A program made the translations under genes and the position numbers. From Paecilomyces variotii (lineage: Eukaryota): 64,000 bases of DNA. The notes under the pieces are model-generated. The model saw only the letters and a program-made list of their open reading frames with translations, searched no databases and was not told where the DNA came from. The stretch is from the NCBI GenBank assembly GCA_004022145.1, contig RCNU01000010.1, one strand, 5' to 3'. The stretch's first letter is position 1; each line of letters begins with the position of its first letter. Below are positions 13,760 through 25,915 of this stretch, piece by piece.

Positions 13760-14400
13760 TCGTGCGAGGGTGCTATATTGGCCGAGGAACAAACCAAGCT
13801 TCTTCGCCTGGAGAGTATCCCTTGTGCGTCTGAAATTTGAATAGACCACCAACAAACATTGACTTGCTAGATATATAGTCAACTAGGACAAATCATACTG
13901 CCTATTGCCCAACACCTTCAACGGGAAGGTCCAGAGCGTATAACTTATAAATCTGGGTATAAGGTCCCTTTGAAGACTGGAGAGAATATCATATGCATAA
14001 ACTTTATAAGTATAACGCCTGTCCACGCAATAAAATAGATTTAATACAGCCGCCTTTATTACCGAAATAAAGAGGGTCATATATACCAGAAATAATCTTC
14101 CTACCTAGCTAGAGAACTTGAGGAGCGCATACACTCGAAGAACCTGGACGGTAGGTTTATATAATGCATCCATTTCCAACTTAAAAGGTATTAAAAACTT
14201 CCAAGCAAGTACTGCCAGCTCCTATTTCCCCCAGAAGTAGGGGGTGATAATAAACATAATAATCCAGCTAGACGCAATTCCTTTCTCACGCCGAGTTCTT
14301 ATTTTACGCTTATGCAAAAATTGAAAGTCACGGGCATTGAAGCGGTAAGATATATAGTTGAATTCAGAATTTCCAGCCCTTCGCGTAAGAACTGGAGGCT
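13760..14400 (-). pseudogene. Degenerate fungal protein-kinase-like gene with stops, frameshifts and RIP-like transitions
   Basis: Hand-translated fragments in colinear order: YAKGWKF*IQ; HPLLLGEIGAG..EVFNTF*VGNG; IYDPLYF; FYCVDRRYTYKVYAY..LQRDLIPRF; ALDLPVEGVGQ*AV*FVLVDYISSKSM; LFLGQY. Confidence 0.7.
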
Positions 14401-15105
14401 TTGAATATTCATTTAGAGATTGCTCCGCTATAACCGTAAAAGATTACCTAAAGTAAATAGACACTAGATAAGCTTTTCTACTGATAAATCAATCATGAAG
14501 AATGGCTTCTATTCTGTTGTAAGTTGTAGCGCAGATAGCAATAATAACAGGTCACAATGCGCTTGTTCTTTAAGTATGCACCGACATAGATATCAGCAGC
14601 AGGAGCAAACAATCGATAATTTCCACCAGATAAAAGATATATCATCCATACATATCGCTTCCAGCCAAATATTTGGTGATTTCTATGTCCTTGCTTGTTC
14701 CTATTACTATATCCGCGCTTGCCAATCGCAGACCCCTTCCCCCGGCACCGGATATTGACTATAGGCCTTTACCGTATCTGTGGTAAATCAAAGCACCTTT
14801 CCTAGTTCCCCGCTGAAAAAGGGTTGAACTAACTAAGGCGAAATAATATGACAATCGAAACTGAAAGTAAGGGTGAGCAGCCCTTGTTTCCAGAATGCCG
14901 CACTAGAAGCAACGGCGGTCATGGATACTTAAGACTCGTCTAGAGTTTCAAGCTAAGTAGGTAAAAGACACACCTTGGAAAAGCCCACGCGCGCAGACTC
15001 CGTATCAAGGATCAAACATCTCACTATTCTCTTCTTCGCGTACGATTAAGAATAAAATATCATAGTAACACCACGGGGAGCAAAAACAAAAAAGCAAGAA
15101 TAAAA

Positions 15106-15804
15106 ATGTCTCAATTCTCCAATCCCACTCATTCCATTCCTGAAATCTCTATTCGCGCTCCGTCATCAATCTCAACCTCAACCTCAAATGATAATACCAA
15201 AATCCCTTCTCATCCACCTCCTCCAACGACTTTCCTAACCTCCTCTCCCTGGAGCGTGACATACTCCACCCTCCCAATATGGAGATCCAAACGCAACGTC
15301 AAAATCACATACCAATCTCTCCCGCAAGGGTTTCTCGATGATCAGGTGACTTATCAGACCTGTCAAGGAGGTAGTGTGAAGACTGTTCATGGAGTTGATC
15401 GTCCTGTGTTTATGTCTGGTCAGCGACAAGATCTGGATAAGCATGGGAATGCAAATAGCGACTCTGATGCCGAGGCGGGGAGCTGGGCTTATCATTGGCG
15501 GGGGAAGGGGTGGTTGATGATTGCGTCTTCGAAATGGGAGGTTCTTGGGTATGGGTCTGTGCCTGGGGATGCTGATGGTGGTGGTGGTGGTATGGGCGAT
15601 GAGGGGCAGTCGATCGATTGGGCTGTTACTTATTTCGCCAAGACGCTGTTCACGCCTGAAGGCATTGACATCTACTCGAGGCCGAGTGCAAAGCTTCCTG
15701 CGACGTTGGTCGAGCAGATCAAGAAGGGGCTGAAGGCAACAGGAGATGAATCATTTCAGCGGCTGGTGGGAGATTTGTTTCTGGTCACGCATGATGAGGG
15801 TTAA
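15106..15804 (+). CDS. Conserved fungal hypothetical protein, lipocalin/calycin-like
   Basis: WSVTYSTLPIW..NVKITY, YHWRGKGWLMIASSKWEVLG and WAVTYFAKTLFTPEGIDIYSR. Confidence 0.75.
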   Translation: MSQFSNPTHSIPEISIRAPSSISTSTSNDNTKIPSHPPPPTTFLTSSPWSVTYSTLPIWRSKRNVKITYQSLPQGFLDDQVTYQTCQGGSVKTVHGVDRPVFMSGQRQDLDKHGNANSDSDAEAGSWAYHWRGKGWLMIASSKWEVLGYGSVPGDADGGGGGMGDEGQSIDWAVTYFAKTLFTPEGIDIYSRPSAKLPATLVEQIKKGLKATGDESFQRLVGDLFLVTHDEG

Positions 15805-16063
15805 GATTCGTTTTAAATGATGCTTGGATTGGGAAGTTGGCGCAGGATAGAGCCCCAAGCCAATTCGACGAATTATATTTCTGGTATTATGGTACAGGCA
15901 AAAGAGAACACCTCCCCTCCCAATCCGATGAAGAACCAGACCACCAACTATTGCAAAGTCACACAGAACGCCCCGACCATCTACTATACAGCTACCCTGT
16001 ATCCGATATAATGACCGCCCCTATGGCTTCAAACCGTTGTTAAATGGACATGCACATTAGTTA

Positions 16064-17250
16064 TTACTTGAGAGCACCACGAACGCGGTCCAAGGCGCAT
16101 TCGCTCTGTTCCTGGCCTCGTCTCTCCCCACGATACCAGCCCTCCCGGATGAGGCGATTCTCGATATCGAGCCAATACTGCGCTTTACCTCCCGCAGCTG
16201 TTTTGAGATCCAGATCCCCAAGGCGGGACTCGATCGGTTCATTTTCGCTAAAGGGCATCTGTGACTGTCAGCGGACTCGGTTCCACGAAAAGTATTTATG
16301 ACAGCTGAAATTAAGACTTATGGAGTGCTTGAGCTCTTTGGAACGTGATTTCGGTTCCATACCTTGATGAACATGGTGCAGTCCCGCAAGGTCATCGAAA
16401 GCGACATGTCATTCGACTGTGCTGGCTGCCCGGAGAGGCCTACTTCTTTCATGACTCTCTGGTGTTCTCGTAGTTTCAGCAATGTACTATTCCGGTACAG
16501 GAAACGTGCCAACCGATATCTGTCTGCACAGCCCTTAATAAAGCGAGTTGCACGCAGCACATCCTCCGGATTCTCCGACACGAGATCGAGAGGACAGAAT
16601 GACTGTTCTTCCTGACCCCCAGTCTTGCGAGCGTCGCTATTTTTCATCTCGCGTAGAGCGCAGGTCCGACAACGCCTGGCATTTGGTGGAGCAGAGGGAG
16701 ACTGGAAGAGCCACTTGGGCTTGAGTTCCGCCAGAGTGGTTCTTGGATCATGACTACAAGTCATATCTGTAATCAGAAGGCCAAAAGGCTCTGTTGTGGA
16801 TAGATAAACCCCGTGACGCTTTTTTGGGCGTTTTCTGAGTTTCTCATCTGCGCGGAGCTGCTCATTACATTTCTGAATGAGCCCTTTCGGAAGCCTAACC
16901 AGCGTCTGATCAATAAGTTCCTCTGGGCTGAAGAGAGGCCGAATGATCCTGTCGAAGTTGCGCGCGGTTTCTTGATAGGAAATGCCTGAGGATATGTGCT
17001 TACGCAATCGAAGCAGCTTTCCTTCTAACGGCTGACGATCGTCAACATCCTCTATCTCGGTAGGTGGAGGAGTCCCCGAACCATAATGAGCCTTTTCTGA
17101 CCCTATCGATATCTCCACAGAGGGCGCAATGATCCGATATACAATATTGGCACCACCCTCTGCTAGATAGACCAGCTGAGCTCCCAAGGGAAGCTCTAGT
17201 GTGAAAGGCCCCGACATTCGCTGCATCGAGTTCTCTGTGGGAGTCCTCAT
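16064..17250 (-). CDS. IPK1: Inositol-pentakisphosphate 2-kinase, intron at about 16259-16362
   Basis: YLAEGGANIVY, ELKPKW, CRTC..FCPLDL, TLRDCT and DLDLK motifs. Start codon uncertain. Confidence 0.9.
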
Positions 17251-19166
17251 TCTATCCCACACAAACCTAATCAGGTTCTATGTGGAGAGAAAAGGAAAAA
17301 AAGTATGTCGTGATGAAGTGGCTCGTCGGGTATCTGAATAAGTGGGACCGAACAAGTCGCAGCCAGAACTCAGATAAAGTTCCGAATATGCAATTATAAG
17401 ATGCAAGCAATAAACAGGGCAGCAGCAAACAATGCAGAATAGAATTTCCCTCGTGACGAAACGCGGGGAAATAAACAAGACAATAGCCTCCCAAAATGCA
17501 AGAAAAAGTAGCAAGCCCAAATGCAGGCTTATACGAACAGGGAAAGGGGGAAGGACGTCTGTACAGAACAGTCCGTGGCACCACAGAATTGGGTATTCAA
17601 GAGAAGCTTCACCGGTCCACAATACAGATGCACTACTCTGAAGTAGCAACGGCTGAGGATGTCTGAGCGATAGGCTCTATAGGACCGTCACGGGAACCCA
17701 ATGGCGTTGGCGGTAAGATCCAGGATCTAGCGATGCAGGCCGATGCAGGGTTTCGCTGTCTTTGCATCTGTAATACCTTCGATCTCTCCATGCCAACCAG
17801 GGGAGCCAGTTCCCTCGTTAGATCGTCGGACAAGGCAGACCAGTGGGCAGACTTGCACGGAGATGCTTCGTGTGCGATTGGAGAAATACACGGATGCCGA
17901 GAAGCAATGAGCTCGCCACAGTCCGACGGAACGATTGGGTTTCAGAAATGTGTTTTACAGGCAGATGGATCGGCCCGTAGCGTCAGTGAATAGTTTGTCC
18001 TGCAGCACGAGGCAGACCACAGTCTGTCGAAGTATATACGGGGGACACAGTGGTAGATATGCCAGTTTTGGCAGAATGTTGAAGTAGTGAACGTGGTTAG
18101 GACCCGGCGGATCTTAAAATAGGAACAATTCGGTTGCACGGGGGCCCCTAATTCGAAATTGTCTTGGAAGAACGAATGACGGCATCAACAGGCGCCAGTA
18201 ATGAACGGCAATAAAGTTGGAGAAGCTCTGGTGGCCAGATGCCTGGGCGGTTAGACCAGACGCTGACTCGGTCGATCCCCCAAGTTAAGTAGAGCCAGTC
18301 TCTTTTTAGGCGGTCGGGCCCCTGGAAGGCTTCGAACAGCTGAACCTTGGACGCTGAAACTAGGTATAGTAATGGAGGTTCTTTGCAATACGCTCCGCCA
18401 GGCCCAACGCCTGGGCTGTCACGAGCTGAGCTTCAGCTCAATCTTTTCCCAGAAGGAAAAGAGCTCCAGCGAATCTGATGCAAGAACAGCACCTGGAAAG
18501 TATGACAGTCGAGGGTAGTCTAGTTGTAAATTGACCGAGGCTGGCTGGCTGGCTGGCTGGACCAGAATCTTGCAGACTCACGATCTTGCGTCCCTCGGAG
18601 ATCGTGGCACTTTGTAGTCCGACTGCCTGGATAGCGGGTTTCTGGAAGACGCAAGCGCACGTCTGAGACCGGGATAATTCTGGGGGAGCCCTGGGGGAGA
18701 TTCTTTTCTTTGGTCTTAGTTCGAGCCTTAAGACTTTAGCTGGCGTTGAGCGTGAAGCGAGCTGGTTCGTGCGCCTGATCGAGACCGGCGGTTGCTGCTT
18801 CTGCCCCGCCACTGCCGTCACTTAACTGTTGTCTATTATTATTATCATTATCGACTACAGAACGAACTTGAGTACTTACCAGAGACATTCTCATCATCCC
18901 ATCTGATCTCAGCAAACTATCCTCCCCGTTCTACTCCGTACTGCCGTTCCAGTTTGCTCCATCCGTCCTGCGACTCCTCGAGGATCTCTCCCTCTGCAAA
19001 AGCGAAATTATCCCGTGGACCCTCGACACGCTATCAGCCTCATCTTGCCAGTCGTCGATCACCACGAGCCATACGGTCCGCAAGGCAAAACTAGTCTGAC
19101 ACAACAGGGTTCTTAGACTAATTAATCGATCCAAGTATCGTGCAGAGCGCTCACGCCATATCAACC

Positions 19167-19910
19167 ATGGCATCCACCTCGACGTTAGATAACATTGCTT
19201 CTATCCCCACGCCGGCGCACTGCACGGCCGATTTCTGCCTGATCCCGGTAGGTGCTCGCTTTCATTCCGTATTTCGATCCTGAAGAATTTTAGTTGCATG
19301 TTTTCAGTACTTCTTATGATGTTCTTTCTCCTCCTGGCCAGAGAGGGACAACAGTCCATTCCTTCCTGATAAGCCTGTGGCTTATCTACGGAAGTGGTTC
19401 TGCTCAGTAGTTATAGGGAACCGCGAAGTATATATCATAATTAAGAAAGCTCACTTGTTGAATGACATACTAACCGGCTGAAATCAAGATGGGAACGGCA
19501 TCCCCATCTGTCTCCGCCCAGGTGGCTGACGTGCAGCGCCTCGTGGAGCGATCCGGCCTGAAGTATGTGATGCACTCGGCTGGCACCACTTTGGGTACGT
19601 CCTCAAGTCTTATCCATCTATTCAGGCAGTTCCTCCTGTACAATTCGCGTTATACACTGACTGACCTTAACTTCCCATTGCTATAGAAGGCCCCTGGGAT
19701 AAAGTTCATCAAGTCATCGGCCAGGCGCATACCATCTTGCATGAACAGGGCGTCCTTCGGATTCAGACGGATGTTCGCGTTGGAACAAGGTTAGTTGCAT
19801 GAGGTATATTACTATCCCTGTTCACCCTCTGAAACTTTTACAGGACGGACAAGCACCAGTCGTTCGAAGACAAAGTCAACAAGATCAACCAGTTGTTAGG
19901 AAAGCAGTAA
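19167..19910 (+). CDS. ECM15: Ecm15 / UPF0045 (thiamine-binding fold) protein, 4 exons
   Basis: CTADFCLIP|MGT..SVSAQVADVQ..MHSAGTTL|EGPWD..RIQTDVRVGT|RTDK. Confidence 0.85.
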
Positions 19911-20306
19911 GGAATACAGATCTAGGGGTTGAAGTACGCTCCTCTCTGGCGTTTGATTGCTGGATTAATACGTAGCGGATTATACAATAGGATCTACTAT
20001 TTCCAATTCGAAACCATGAATAATATGCTATCTACCAGATGAATCTATCTACATCATCAACAGAAGTGGACGAGCAGTGAACTCAAGAGGATCCTTCCTG
20101 TTTCCAACCTCGTGATCTCAAGCAGCATAATAACACAACCAGTAACGCCTCGCTATGCCGAATCACGACAGATTATATGGTTGCCGTGCAATTATCATCC
20201 AATGAAAAGCAATATAGAAATACCCAAGCTTGACGTATAACCTAGAAACCGCAAAGAACGAGACCTTATTTTGAACGGTGCTGTGAAATGTATACCCAGG
20301 AATAAA

Positions 20307-21624
20307 TCAGAGCGAGATACCACCATTGAGCAGACCGCCCCAGTTACCACCAACCCAGACCCAGTTTCCGATCGATGGTTTTGCGCCCATCTTGACCTCA
20401 TCGACTAGATCAACCAAACCCGAGAAGACGCCAGAGCTAGAAGAGCTGGAGCTAGACGAGTCAGAGCTCGGAACGGGAACACGTCCCACAGCACTGGTAA
20501 CATTGTTCAGCTTATCAACGGTGGAAATGGCCGGGCCCTTGTTAAAGAAATCGACCAGGATGAAAGTTGGCTGGCGTCCCGAGTAGGTTTGTTTACAGGT
20601 CGTAGCGGCCGTCCCGAGATTCCCTGTACCCCCAGACGGAGCATTTGTGGTGTCGATGGCGTCGACATCGGGAATTTCAATTCCCAGCAATTCCTCCTGA
20701 TCTAGGAAGTGGTTCATAAATGGGAGTAGTCTCGAAGAAAAGGCCGACGCAGTATTTCCTTCGACAGATGAGGGGCGAGATGGAAGGCAGGAGAAGTTCG
20801 CTGCAGCGGTGACGTCGTAGGGGTTCTCGAAGATGAACGTGAATTCGTCCATCAGGTAGGGCGCAACGGTGTTCGACGACGGGTCCAAGGATGCAATGAA
20901 GGTCATCATTCGAGTTCCGTTGTTGATCAATTCCTGCAGCGTAGGCCAGGTGGTGGGGGCTGAAGACTGCGAGGGCGGCGTGTAAGCATATTTGACGATG
21001 CTGGCAGCTTCAAATTCGCTGTTGAGGTCAGAGGCAGAAGCGTCGTCCGAGTTGACCAGAAGTACAGTGATCACTGCGTACCGCAATGGGTAAGTATCAG
21101 TAACCATTATTTTTTTCCAATGACCGTTGATTCCCGATTCCACAACAAACACGCACCTTCATTAGGATTATCATCTAGCCATGTCTTGATCGATGATAAC
21201 CATGCACTCAATGTCCCCGCGTCCAGTAGATCGCAGCTCGAGTGGCAGAGATGCCACTCATTGTTTTGTTTGTGCACCTGTGCCGTCACCAACCGTACAC
21301 CCGCATCCAGCTGAACCGTCGTATTGAAGAATCTGTGCGACAGCCAAGTCAGTAAAACAAATTAAATCATCTTAAAGACAAACCCCAGAGGCAGGTTATC
21401 AAGATCGCATTCCCACATAATGATAAGACTTACTGATTCCCCGACGTAGAGTAGTCCGTCGACGCATCTCTCACGAACGGACTGTCATGTGCTCCTAGAT
21501 GTGTGATTTCTCCATAAGATTTGGAGCAGAGATCGGGCGAGTTATTGCATGCCGTCGTTCGTGGCGCGAGAGCCTCTGCAGAGACGAGAGGAGCGAGGAG
21601 CGCTAGGAGACCTAGTCCTAGCAT
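20307..21624 (-). CDS. Secreted PLC-like phosphodiesterase (PI-PLC X-domain), 3 exons
   Basis: Signal peptide, [32 protein letters not shown] and PTFILVDFF. Confidence 0.85.
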
Positions 21625-22969
21625 TCTGAATTGTGAATTGTGAAATTTCTCAACTGCTCTGCAGTAGTTCGAGAAGAAAAACCCAGAACAGAACCGGGTC
21701 TGTAAAATAATATATACAGAACACAAGTCTCCTGAACTGTGTCCAATTGGGGACTTTTAGCTGGCTGGCGACGGGTAGATAGGGAAACGCGCAACAGGGG
21801 CGATAATTAATCGATCTATCGCGGTGTTGGAATCGCACGATGGGAAAAGCAGGACATCAAAGGGGGAGGACGAGAAGGGAAGATCAAAAGAGCACCTCAA
21901 ACAAGAAAAAGGTCCTTGGTTCAACATCTCTCAGTCTGACACGCGCTCTGTGCCACAATAGAGTACGACAGTCACCCTACACTAATTAGCCCTGCGCCTC
22001 CCGCGGTCACTGAGGGCAACCACAGATCTCCCGCCAATTACGCCGTCCAGGACGATCTAATTACTCTCCCGTATTCTCCTCTTCTCTCTTCACCTCTCCT
22101 CTGGCAGGGTGTACGAATACAATAAATTAGTCTAGTCTATACCTATAGATACTTGAAAATGCTAAGCTGTCCCTCTAACAGTTTACTTCGATTCTGTCAG
22201 TTATTCTATTAATTGACGCGAGTCCCTTCTGTGACAGTTGGTGGATTTGTCTGACTCTTGCTATTCTTAGTAACAGCCGCGTCGGCAAAAACACAAGCCA
22301 ACCCAATCCTGACCCGCTCACTTTAAAGGCAATAACTAAACCCCCCGAATGGAGACTGTAATATACATGCTGCCTTGTTCTTGGATCCATGAAGAAAACA
22401 TATGGTATTTACTCTTACTGCGGTATTTGTCCATGTGATTAATCAAACCCACCAAAAGAGGACAACAAGGTGGTGGAGAAGGGCCGTGCCGATCAATCAC
22501 GATTTGCTTCCCCGGCTGTCGTAACTGAACTCTCCGCTGTAACTTACCAGGTCGCAACGGCAACGATGATCAATAATGATCCCCTCAATCTTCCATGCGG
22601 GCTGGTCAACTCTACCTTGATCATTTAGTTATGTAGTTTCCTCAGTACATTCGAATGGCGTCAGCTGCTTTACATTATTCTTGAAGATTGTATGCCCTTG
22701 GTAACAATTCTATTAGGTCCAAGCGCAGTTATAGTAAATGGTGAAGACGCCAGATTTCCTGCTGCTATCCTGGCCATTTAAAGAGGAAGTATACTCCGAC
22801 ATCAGTATCAATTATAATATGAAGCATTTGTCTCTATGCCAAGATAGGGTATATATAGTCTGACACCACATGATAATATACAGAAACGAAACCGAGCGCC
22901 AGCCAAGTCTAGGAAGAGAATAGGAACCATATCTGTAATATACAAGAGCACTTGTTGGATGTGTTCGCT

Positions 22970-25516
22970 TCAAATGTGAGGCTGTGTTCGGTAGAGCCTA
23001 TTGTTCCAAACCAGGCGATGGCTCCGCCGCAGCGACATCATTGAGCTTCGCGGGTTCAGCAGCCCTTGGAGATCGCGACGCTCCTGTCCGAGGAACAAGG
23101 AAGGCCCCCAGACCTTGAGCATGTCCCCAATGACCCTCGTTACATCGTAAGGGTTTTCCCGTCGCAGCAGTCGGTTCATCCGTCGGTTGGAATAACGTGG
23201 TGGACCAAAAAGCACGGCTAGACGATGTCGACAGGCTCGACGAATCCATCCCGTTTCCAGTCGAACCCCTTCTCGCTCGAGATCACGAAGAAGTACCAGC
23301 CCACGGACCCAGGGTACGAGATTCAGGCCTTCCACTCTCAATGGATTATATACTTTCGAATCAACATTGCTTGAAGGTCGTAGCTTGAAGCCCCATGCCA
23401 CAATAGCCATTTGCATCCTTGGGTTAAAGACGGCTCGAAGCACATCGCCTGGAAATGCTGGCTCCGTTATGGTGTTAGTGCCCATGACTGTGTTCCTTGC
23501 GGACGAGGCGACGAGATGCGCGACAATTGCCTTCCTCTTAGACGAATACCGATGGGCGAGCCAAAGAGCGAGCTCACAGAGGTCACTCCAACGATTCTTC
23601 ATTCCTAGGCGCTTCAAAGACTCAATCCAGATGTCAGAATCCACAGGCACACCTGTTTCTGCGGCTCTCCGCAGTACTCGAGTCACAAAGCCAATCTCGT
23701 CGACCGGATGGAGATGTCGTCTCGGCGAGGGACCCATTCCTTTTCTCCGGGGACTGAGCACTTCTTGGATCATGAAGTCGATGCTCTCCTTCGAAAGCAT
23801 CCTTTTGCGGATGAACATTTCGTCCACAATACGGCTGGCTGAGTTCCATTCTCCAGCGTTTATGTGTTTCCGAAAATGGATGTTGAACAAGTCCGGGTCC
23901 TCTTGGACTAACTCGACCAAGATGGCAAGCGTCATGTTGTATTGGCGCCAATCTCGAGCCATGTAATATGATACCAGAAGCGCCTCTTGCGTGGCTGCAT
24001 CCTCGAGTGTGTCTGGATGTTGGTCGCTGTGGAGTACATCGTACAGCACAATGTCCCTGTTCTCAGACGCTAGTTTCCGAACAACCCTCGAAAACACTGA
24101 GTCTCCAATGGAGATGCCGGCCTTCTGTAGACGTTTGATCTTCTCCAGAATATCCTGCGAACCATGAGCTCTCAGCGCCATCTCCCGCAGAGACTGCGGC
24201 CCGATAGCAGAGACCCCGAACATCTGGAGGCCCCCAACGATAACATCAGACGTAAAAGCTTTTGTAGCAAAAAGCCGTGCTCCGAACTCATCCTTAATTG
24301 GTCGTTCCTGGGGCCATGAGACTACAGCCTCATCCTTCTCCGGCTGTTTCTGCGGCAGTGGCTGGTCTTGCACCTCCAGTTCTGGGAGGAACCGAGCTTG
24401 GCAATACTCTTGGAACTTCAGACGCATTGTAGATTGATGTAGCTGCTTGATATTATCGAGCAAAGGTTGCACTTCGTCAAAGCTGTGGGGATGGTCGCCG
24501 CGTTCAACTAGAAAGTCGTGCATCACCAAAGCTTCGAAGACCCGTCCACGCTTCATAAGAGCGGGAACGACTAAGCCGTATACTCTCTGCCCCTCGACAG
24601 AGCGGCATATACCCTGGAGAGCCCGGAGCCCGGTAGATAAATGGTATGATTTGCCGTTTCTGAGACCGGAAGAAGGCCAAGTGATACGGCGTGAATTGCA
24701 CTGTAAAGCCCGCTCCAATATCCGCGTCAAATCATCGACGTGAAATAATTGTCTTTTCTGTAGTCTTTTATGCCACTGAACAGCCTGTTTTGGCCGGTCC
24801 CGATCCAGAAAGCCGCCCACAATGGCTTCATAGAACCTGCTCCATTGCTTGCCGCTGGTTTTCTGTAGCTGGAATGCGTAATCCACCAGATCATGCAGAA
24901 ATTTATCTCGGACCAATGCAGCATCAACAAAACTCTGCCAGAAAAAGTCCGCCTGCTCTCCTTCCACAGGGAGTGATATATCAGTATGCCTCGCTGTTAG
25001 ACCTTGCCAGATGTTTATCGTGCCGGCTTCCCCATAATGACGCTGGCGATACCGCAGCAGCTCCTCCCAGAGAACAAAATCATTTCGAAAATGTGACTTA
25101 TCGACCAATCTGCTCCCAATATCGTCCAAGTGGCCTATGTCTGATTCGTATTCCAGGTTTTCTGGCACCAGAGTCCAGTCTGCAGCAGACCTCCGAGCTG
25201 CCACCGGATCCGACTCATGCACCGCTTTCGATTCGACGAAATGTCTCGCATTTTGGGAAGAACCGAGATCGTGTATCCGAAGCTTCGATTGGAATTTCGA
25301 TTCAATTCGCGCTTGATTGGGTGAAGGTTCGCTATCGGCATCCAACGCGGGAAAGGGTTCGTGAGCAGCCACAGCGCGACTTGCTCGACGTGTCTGGCAT
25401 CGTATGCACCGCTCTCTCGAGCCCAATTGTTCTATACCGATGGATGTGCTGATAAGGATATCTAGAACCGAGACAGCTGATGGCCTCTTCAAGAGCCTCA
25501 GAAGAGCTGGGCGCAT
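22970..25516 (-). CDS. Pentatricopeptide-repeat-like mitochondrial protein
   Basis: About 850-aa helical-repeat ORF with an Arg-rich presequence (MRPALLRLLKRP) and PPR-like units (FYEAIVGGFL, YGLVVPALMKRG). Confidence 0.72.
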   Translation of the reverse strand: MRPALLRLLKRPSAVSVLDILISTSIGIEQLGSRERCIRCQTRRASRAVAAHEPFPALDADSEPSPNQARIESKFQSKLRIHDLGSSQNARHFVESKAVHESDPVAARRSAADWTLVPENLEYESDIGHLDDIGSRLVDKSHFRNDFVLWEELLRYRQRHYGEAGTINIWQGLTARHTDISLPVEGEQADFFWQSFVDAALVRDKFLHDLVDYAFQLQKTSGKQWSRFYEAIVGGFLDRDRPKQAVQWHKRLQKRQLFHVDDLTRILERALQCNSRRITWPSSGLRNGKSYHLSTGLRALQGICRSVEGQRVYGLVVPALMKRGRVFEALVMHDFLVERGDHPHSFDEVQPLLDNIKQLHQSTMRLKFQEYCQARFLPELEVQDQPLPQKQPEKDEAVVSWPQERPIKDEFGARLFATKAFTSDVIVGGLQMFGVSAIGPQSLREMALRAHGSQDILEKIKRLQKAGISIGDSVFSRVVRKLASENRDIVLYDVLHSDQHPDTLEDAATQEALLVSYYMARDWRQYNMTLAILVELVQEDPDLFNIHFRKHINAGEWNSASRIVDEMFIRKRMLSKESIDFMIQEVLSPRRKGMGPSPRRHLHPVDEIGFVTRVLRRAAETGVPVDSDIWIESLKRLGMKNRWSDLCELALWLAHRYSSKRKAIVAHLVASSARNTVMGTNTITEPAFPGDVLRAVFNPRMQMAIVAWGFKLRPSSNVDSKVYNPLRVEGLNLVPWVRGLVLLRDLEREGVRLETGWIRRACRHRLAVLFGPPRYSNRRMNRLLRRENPYDVTRVIGDMLKVWGPSLFLGQERRDLQGLLNPRSSMMSLRRSHRLVWNNRLYRTQPHI

Positions 25517-25741
25517 CAGGTGTAGAAAAGAAAAGAAATAAGAGCGCGAATGGAAACTCAATCATCCTCATTTGCTTGATATACCATGGAATGTCATAGC
25601 GCCTTCTAGCCGACCACCAGGAAATTATCCACAGTGCGATCCTGCCGACGTTTTGATAGCAATAACCGCTCCGAAGAATACCTGTTCGCACTCACCTTTT
25701 CCATAACAGCCCAAACTCGATGCAGTTGTGATTAGCCGGTG

Positions 25742-25759
25742 TCACATCACGTGATGTGA
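25742..25759. promoter_or_regulatory. Perfect 18-bp palindrome TCACATCACGTGATGTGA with an E-box core
   Basis: Self-reverse-complementary and centred in the PPR/COX7 divergent gap. Confidence 0.55.
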
Positions 25760-25915
25760 GTGACTAATCCGGGTGAGCTGACGGGCGGACCGAAAGATTC
25801 CCGGGCAGAAGGTCGGACGTCGAGAACGACAGAGCACGATCACCAGCGTCTTCTTTCTTCCCATTGACTTGCACCACCGCCTCGAGTACCTATTCTCTCA
25901 GCCAGAACCGCCAAG

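Noticed and set aside
19248-19488. TPP riboswitch in the Ecm15 intron
   Set aside because: The conserved CTGAGA and TGAT..TAAT..AGCG core was not found.
24691-25452. Long antisense ORFs over real genes (also 42028-42786, 37384-38043, 30864-31382)
   Set aside because: Shadow ORFs opposite well-supported CDSs, with no motifs.
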